A DNA stretch of 45,178 nucleotides. It comes from Flavobacteriaceae bacterium (GTDB lineage Bacteria; Bacteroidota; Bacteroidia; Flavobacteriales; Flavobacteriaceae). Positions within the stretch are counted from its first letter, which is position 1, and every line of letters starts with the position of its first letter. Positions 41,576 to 45,178 of the stretch are shown here, piece by piece. The notes under the pieces are model-generated. The model had not been told where the DNA came from and made no database searches. It saw nothing but the letters and a program-made list of their open reading frames with translations. The stretch spans positions 1 through 45,178 of the forward strand of contig JBMYZB010000001.1 in NCBI GenBank assembly GCA_049609945.1, read 5' to 3'. Made by a program: the position numbers and the translations under genes.

Positions 41576-43762
41576 TTGAAGTTTAGTGAAAAAAAAGAAA
41601 GCAACGCTCAAGTTGTTCCCTTTGTTACGGCTCCTTTTGGGATGACTCAATGGACCCCCGAAACCCAAATCTCGGAACAAAAATGTGTGGCACCCTATTA
41701 TTATAAAGACACCCTGCTCACTGGCTTTCGAGCTAGCCATTGGATGAGCGGTTCTTGCACGCAAGATTATGGCTCGGTTACTTTGATGCCCCAAAGTGGG
41801 ACGTTGGCTCCTTTTAAAAAACAACGCGCCACTCCCTTTTCGCATCAAAATGAAAAAGCAACGCCCTACCATTATGAAGTGTATTTAGAAGCACAGAACC
41901 TACGCGTAAATATGACAGCCACCACACGCAGTGGAATATTGGCCGTTGACTATCCCAAAAACCAACCCGCTCATTTGCTAATCATTCCTAATAGCGATGA
42001 GGGCGAAGGATTTGTTCAGATCAACCTTAATAAAAGAGAAGTGGTGGGCTATAACCCAGTGCATAGAATTTATCAAGGTTGGGGAGAACCGGCCGGTTTT
42101 AGTGGCTATTTTGTGATCCAGTTTGATCAACCCTTAGATGATTATGGCGTGTTTAAAGAAGACCGCATTTTTTCAAAAAAAACAAGCCTTGAAAGAGAGA
42201 AGGGTTTAGGAGCCTACCTCACTTTTTCTCCACAGGCCCAAAAAAAACTGCATATTAGAGTGGGCACATCCTTTACATCTATTGAGGGGGCAAGAGAAAA
42301 CCTAAGCCGAGAAATAGGCAACGCCTCCTTTAGTCAGATAAAAAATCAGCTTCAATCCACTTGGAACCAATGGCTTGGAAGAGTGGCTGTGAAATCTCCC
42401 AAACGTGATTCTAAAACACAATTTTATACGGCTCTGTATCACAGTTTTCTTTTGCCCCGAGTTTTTAATGATGTGAACGGTCAATATCCTTCTTTTGACG
42501 GAGGTGACTCCCTTCAAAAAATAGAGGCCGGTAATTACTATGTTGATTTTTCTATGTGGGACACCTATAGGGCACTGCATCCATTACTAACTTTGCTTGC
42601 TCCCGAGGTGGCCAAAGACATGATGCGCAGTCTTTTTTTGAAAGCTAAACAAGGAGGCTGGCTTCCCATATTTCCAGCCTGGAACAGCTACACCGCCGCC
42701 ATGATTGGAGACCATTGCATCATCACCCTAGCCGATGCCGCTTTAAAAGGAATTTATCTGCCTGATGCCGAAGAATACAGCTACATGCTCCAAAATGCTT
42801 TTGAACTGCCCAAAACTCAGACCGCCTACGTTTTAGGCAAAGGTCGAAGAGCTTTGCCTTCTTATTTAAAAAATGGCTATGTTCCCTTAGAAGATGAAGT
42901 GCCTCATTCCTTTCACAAAAAAGAACAAGTTTCACGCACTTTAGAATATGCCTTTGATGATTTTGCCCTTTACCAATTGGCCCTATTGCGACAAGACAGT
43001 GTCCATACCATAGCATTAAAAAAAAGGGCCTCTAATTATAAAAATGTTTTTAGTTCTCAAGACATGGCGGTGCGTGGAAAATATGAGTCAGGAGATTTTT
43101 ATAGCCCCTACATAAAAAACGAACGACAATTTTATATAACGGAAGGCAGCCCTTTTCAATATACATGGTATGTGCCTCACGATGTGGCTGGTCTTATGAC
43201 TTTAATGGGGGGTGAAAAAGCATTCAATGAGACCTTAGACACCTTTAGAACAGAGGGACATTATTGGCATGGGAATGAACCCGGACATCATATTCCGTTT
43301 TTATATAATTTTTCTGGACAAGCCTGGAAAACACAAGCTTGGGTGAATCAAATTGTGGGAGACGAATACAGTAATGGTGTGGGAGGATTAAGTGGTAATG
43401 ATGATGCAGGACAAATGTCAGCCTGGTATGTTTTTGCTACGCTTGGCTTTTACCCTGTGGCCCCATCGGTACCCCAATATGTAATTTCTGGTCCTCATTT
43501 TGAGCAGATCACAATACAACTCCCCAAAGGAAAAAAGCTTCAAATCAATGCGCCCCAACGAAACACTGAAAAGGGATATATTCAATCGGTACGATTCAAT
43601 CAAAAAAACTATACCGCCACTTTTTTTAACCATAATGATCTAATGCAAGGGGGGCTGATCGACTTTTATATGGGTAAATTGCCAAACAAAAAATGGGGCC
43701 AAGACCAACATGACAGACCCTTTTCAATGAGCCTTTCTGTGCCTAAAGTTGTAAAAAATTAA
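41576..43762 (+). CDS. Glycoside hydrolase family 92 (alpha-mannosidase); true N-terminus probably upstream, near 41435
   Basis: GH92 motifs are FSMWDTYRALHPLL, YWHGNEPGHHIPFLY and GLSGNDDAGQMSAWYV. The listed start is a TTG. The same frame is open back to 41423 and there encodes a signal-like peptide plus the conserved VNPxxGT motif (see findings). The minus-strand ORFs 41419..41604 and 41516..41872 are shadows. Confidence 0.9.
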   Translation: MKFSEKKESNAQVVPFVTAPFGMTQWTPETQISEQKCVAPYYYKDTLLTGFRASHWMSGSCTQDYGSVTLMPQSGTLAPFKKQRATPFSHQNEKATPYHYEVYLEAQNLRVNMTATTRSGILAVDYPKNQPAHLLIIPNSDEGEGFVQINLNKREVVGYNPVHRIYQGWGEPAGFSGYFVIQFDQPLDDYGVFKEDRIFSKKTSLEREKGLGAYLTFSPQAQKKLHIRVGTSFTSIEGARENLSREIGNASFSQIKNQLQSTWNQWLGRVAVKSPKRDSKTQFYTALYHSFLLPRVFNDVNGQYPSFDGGDSLQKIEAGNYYVDFSMWDTYRALHPLLTLLAPEVAKDMMRSLFLKAKQGGWLPIFPAWNSYTAAMIGDHCIITLADAALKGIYLPDAEEYSYMLQNAFELPKTQTAYVLGKGRRALPSYLKNGYVPLEDEVPHSFHKKEQVSRTLEYAFDDFALYQLALLRQDSVHTIALKKRASNYKNVFSSQDMAVRGKYESGDFYSPYIKNERQFYITEGSPFQYTWYVPHDVAGLMTLMGGEKAFNETLDTFRTEGHYWHGNEPGHHIPFLYNFSGQAWKTQAWVNQIVGDEYSNGVGGLSGNDDAGQMSAWYVFATLGFYPVAPSVPQYVISGPHFEQITIQLPKGKKLQINAPQRNTEKGYIQSVRFNQKNYTATFFNHNDLMQGGLIDFYMGKLPNKKWGQDQHDRPFSMSLSVPKVVKN

Positions 43763-43826
43763 ACACTCCTGTTATTGTTCTTAATGAAAACCTTAATTTA
43801 GTTACTTCACTATATTAAGTATTTAC

Positions 43827-45178
43827 ATGAATCCCTTTCCGCTAATTAACCAGACTGTTTCCCCACTGCTTACTCAATTGGCTCAAAAAATACCCCCACA
43901 ACAGCATAAAGGCATCCATATGCTGGTGTGGTCTGAGCTAAACCAAGCGGTTGAAATCGCAGAAGATTTTCTGTTAACCGGCAAAAAAAATAAATTGCAA
44001 CAACTCGTTTGGATTGTCCCTGCCTTAAAAAATAACAGTGCTTTAAAAGAAGCCGAAAACCTCCTCAAGCGAAAAGGAAATCATGTTTCCATAATTTATT
44101 ATTCCCCCCTTCTTGAGCAGATTCTTCACCTACATGAAGAACAAATAAAAGAACATCGTCTATTTGAATTTCCTTTTGAAACCACAGGGTGGAACGATTT
44201 AGACGCTATTGTAGAAGCCATCGAAACAATTCAACCAGGGCAATACCTATACGTGCCTCAAACAGTAATTGCCACCAAAACACTTGTTGAGAAGCTAGAA
44301 CAAGCCCTCAAAAAAGCAAAAGCAAATGACCGCTTTTTATGGGATCAATTTCAAAAAATGGATGAAAATCAAGACGGCACGCTAAGCGTGGATGAAATTT
44401 ATACGCTACTTGGGAAGTTAGGGTTTTCGAAAACCGAAGTAGAAAGTCTTGTTGCTGCCGCAGACACAAATAAAGATGGTTCATTGACCTATGAAGAATT
44501 TCAAGCCAACCTACACCAAGACCTTCAAAAAATGCTCGAGAAAGTAGATACAAGTGTAACGCTAGTTCGTAACCAAAAGGCGGACTATGAACAATTTTTA
44601 ATTGAAAAACACGGTTTTGACGTTGCAGCAGCAGCAGAAATGATTCAATGGATGCGAGATGAAGCCACTCACAAAACACCAAAAAACAAACTGCTAGAGG
44701 ATCGCATAGAACAATTATTGGCCAGCAATGCCCACTCTTTTTTAGGTGTGGAGGTGCTCCCTGGAAAAGGTCTTTTTACACACAGAAAAAGTTTAGAAAA
44801 TGGGGTGTCTATAAATAACACTCAACTATTTTATCCGGATGGTGAAACCCTTTTAATCAAAAGAAAAACTGATGCCGTTCAAATTCAATGGGGTGAAAAG
44901 AATTTATCTTCAGCTTCACAAAGTATTGAAATAAAACAAAAAGATTATAAGGCCACCATTCGCTTCAAAGAAGATAAAATATGCGCCATTACCGTGAAAG
45001 GAAAATGGCCGGAATTGCCCGCTGCAATGGAGAAAATTCTATTTCAAACACCAGTAAAGCCTTGGGAACAATCTATCCTTAAAGAAATGGGATCTTTCAC
45101 CTTGGAGGATCCCGCCACTAATGCACCAGACCGTGTGGTATGTAATTGTATGAGCTTATGTCAAAAAGATTTTCACCC
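43827..45178 (+). CDS. Multidomain protein with a pair of canonical EF-hand Ca2+-binding loops (3' end beyond the right window edge)
   Basis: Absent from the ORF track because it has no stop in the window. Hand translation from the ATG at 43827 stays open for 450 codons to the window end. The EF loops are DENQDGTLSVDE (44361-44396) and DTNKDGSLTYEE (44463-44498). The last residues, RVVCNCMSLCQKDFH, resemble the start of a BFD-like [2Fe-2S] domain. The first in-frame upstream stop is at 43794. Confidence 0.7.
   Translation, partial: MNPFPLINQTVSPLLTQLAQKIPPQQHKGIHMLVWSELNQAVEIAEDFLLTGKKNKLQQLVWIVPALKNNSALKEAENLLKRKGNHVSIIYYSPLLEQILHLHEEQIKEHRLFEFPFETTGWNDLDAIVEAIETIQPGQYLYVPQTVIATKTLVEKLEQALKKAKANDRFLWDQFQKMDENQDGTLSVDEIYTLLGKLGFSKTEVESLVAAADTNKDGSLTYEEFQANLHQDLQKMLEKVDTSVTLVRNQKADYEQFLIEKHGFDVAAAAEMIQWMRDEATHKTPKNKLLEDRIEQLLASNAHSFLGVEVLPGKGLFTHRKSLENGVSINNTQLFYPDGETLLIKRKTDAVQIQWGEKNLSSASQSIEIKQKDYKATIRFKEDKICAITVKGKWPELPAAMEKILFQTPVKPWEQSILKEMGSFTLEDPATNAPDRVVCNCMSLCQKDFH

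Noticed and set aside
41419-41872. Minus-strand ORFs (61 and 118 aa) across the GH92 5' region
   Set aside because: They are antisense to the frame that encodes the conserved GH92 N-terminal motifs (VNPLLGT, APFGMTQWTPET). Their products are basic and low-complexity, with no motif.
1-45178. Search for CRISPR arrays, tRNA/rRNA genes, IS elements with inverted repeats, prophage blocks, toxin-antitoxin pairs and known defence systems
   Set aside because: I found no regularly spaced direct repeats, no tRNA-like T-arm/acceptor patterns (GGTTCGAATCC-type), no transposase-like ORFs and no restriction/Cas/abortive-infection-like proteins. The only mobile-element trace is the integrase stub at 3953-4436.

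Overview
This 45.2 kb segment looks like ordinary chromosome from a Bacteroidota genome, probably a marine Flavobacteriia-type organism. Coding is dense on both strands, start codons have almost no Shine-Dalgarno sequences, a few TAnnTTTG-type -7 boxes are present, and many products are lipoproteins or secreted glycoside hydrolases. I can support about 43 protein-coding genes, two of which run off the window edges and are missing from the ORF track. I also support one decayed integrase pseudogene, three hairpin terminators and four tentative promoters. I see no rRNA, tRNA, CRISPR array, intact mobile element or recognisable defence system.

Content from left to right:
- An AT-rich surface lipoprotein (partial).
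- M19 dipeptidase and PBP4.
- An integrase remnant.
- A TonB-dependent receptor, pirin, and a GH16 laminarinase.
- NupC, SSS and AGCS transporters.
- DUF4281 and YkuK-like proteins.
- GhrA-like dehydrogenase and a DUF1611 + dipeptide-epimerase pair.
- XdhC + MocA, convergent with an 8-gene molybdenum-cofactor operon (moeA, ModE-N-like wHTH, TauE/SafE, moaD, moeB-rhodanese, moaE, moaC-moaB fusion, moaA).
- An orphan TrpB2.
- A lipoprotein + PhyH dioxygenase pair.
- A 15 kb CAZyme cluster without SusC/SusD: GH32 + MFS; a sulfatase-GH3-GH78-esterase operon; GH51; a NagB-like gene; GH92.
- A partial gene encoding two canonical EF-hand loops plus a possible BFD-like Cys motif.

Nothing here is a compelling, clearly novel multi-gene system. 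The items most worth a second look are:
- the TauE/SafE permease and sensor-less ModE-N regulator embedded in the Moco operon (candidate oxyanion uptake and regulation module);
- the EF-hand multidomain protein at the right edge;
- the GH92 gene, whose conserved N-terminus and signal peptide lie upstream of any canonical start codon;
- the frameshifted integrase relic.

All family assignments come from motif recognition by eye, not database searches.
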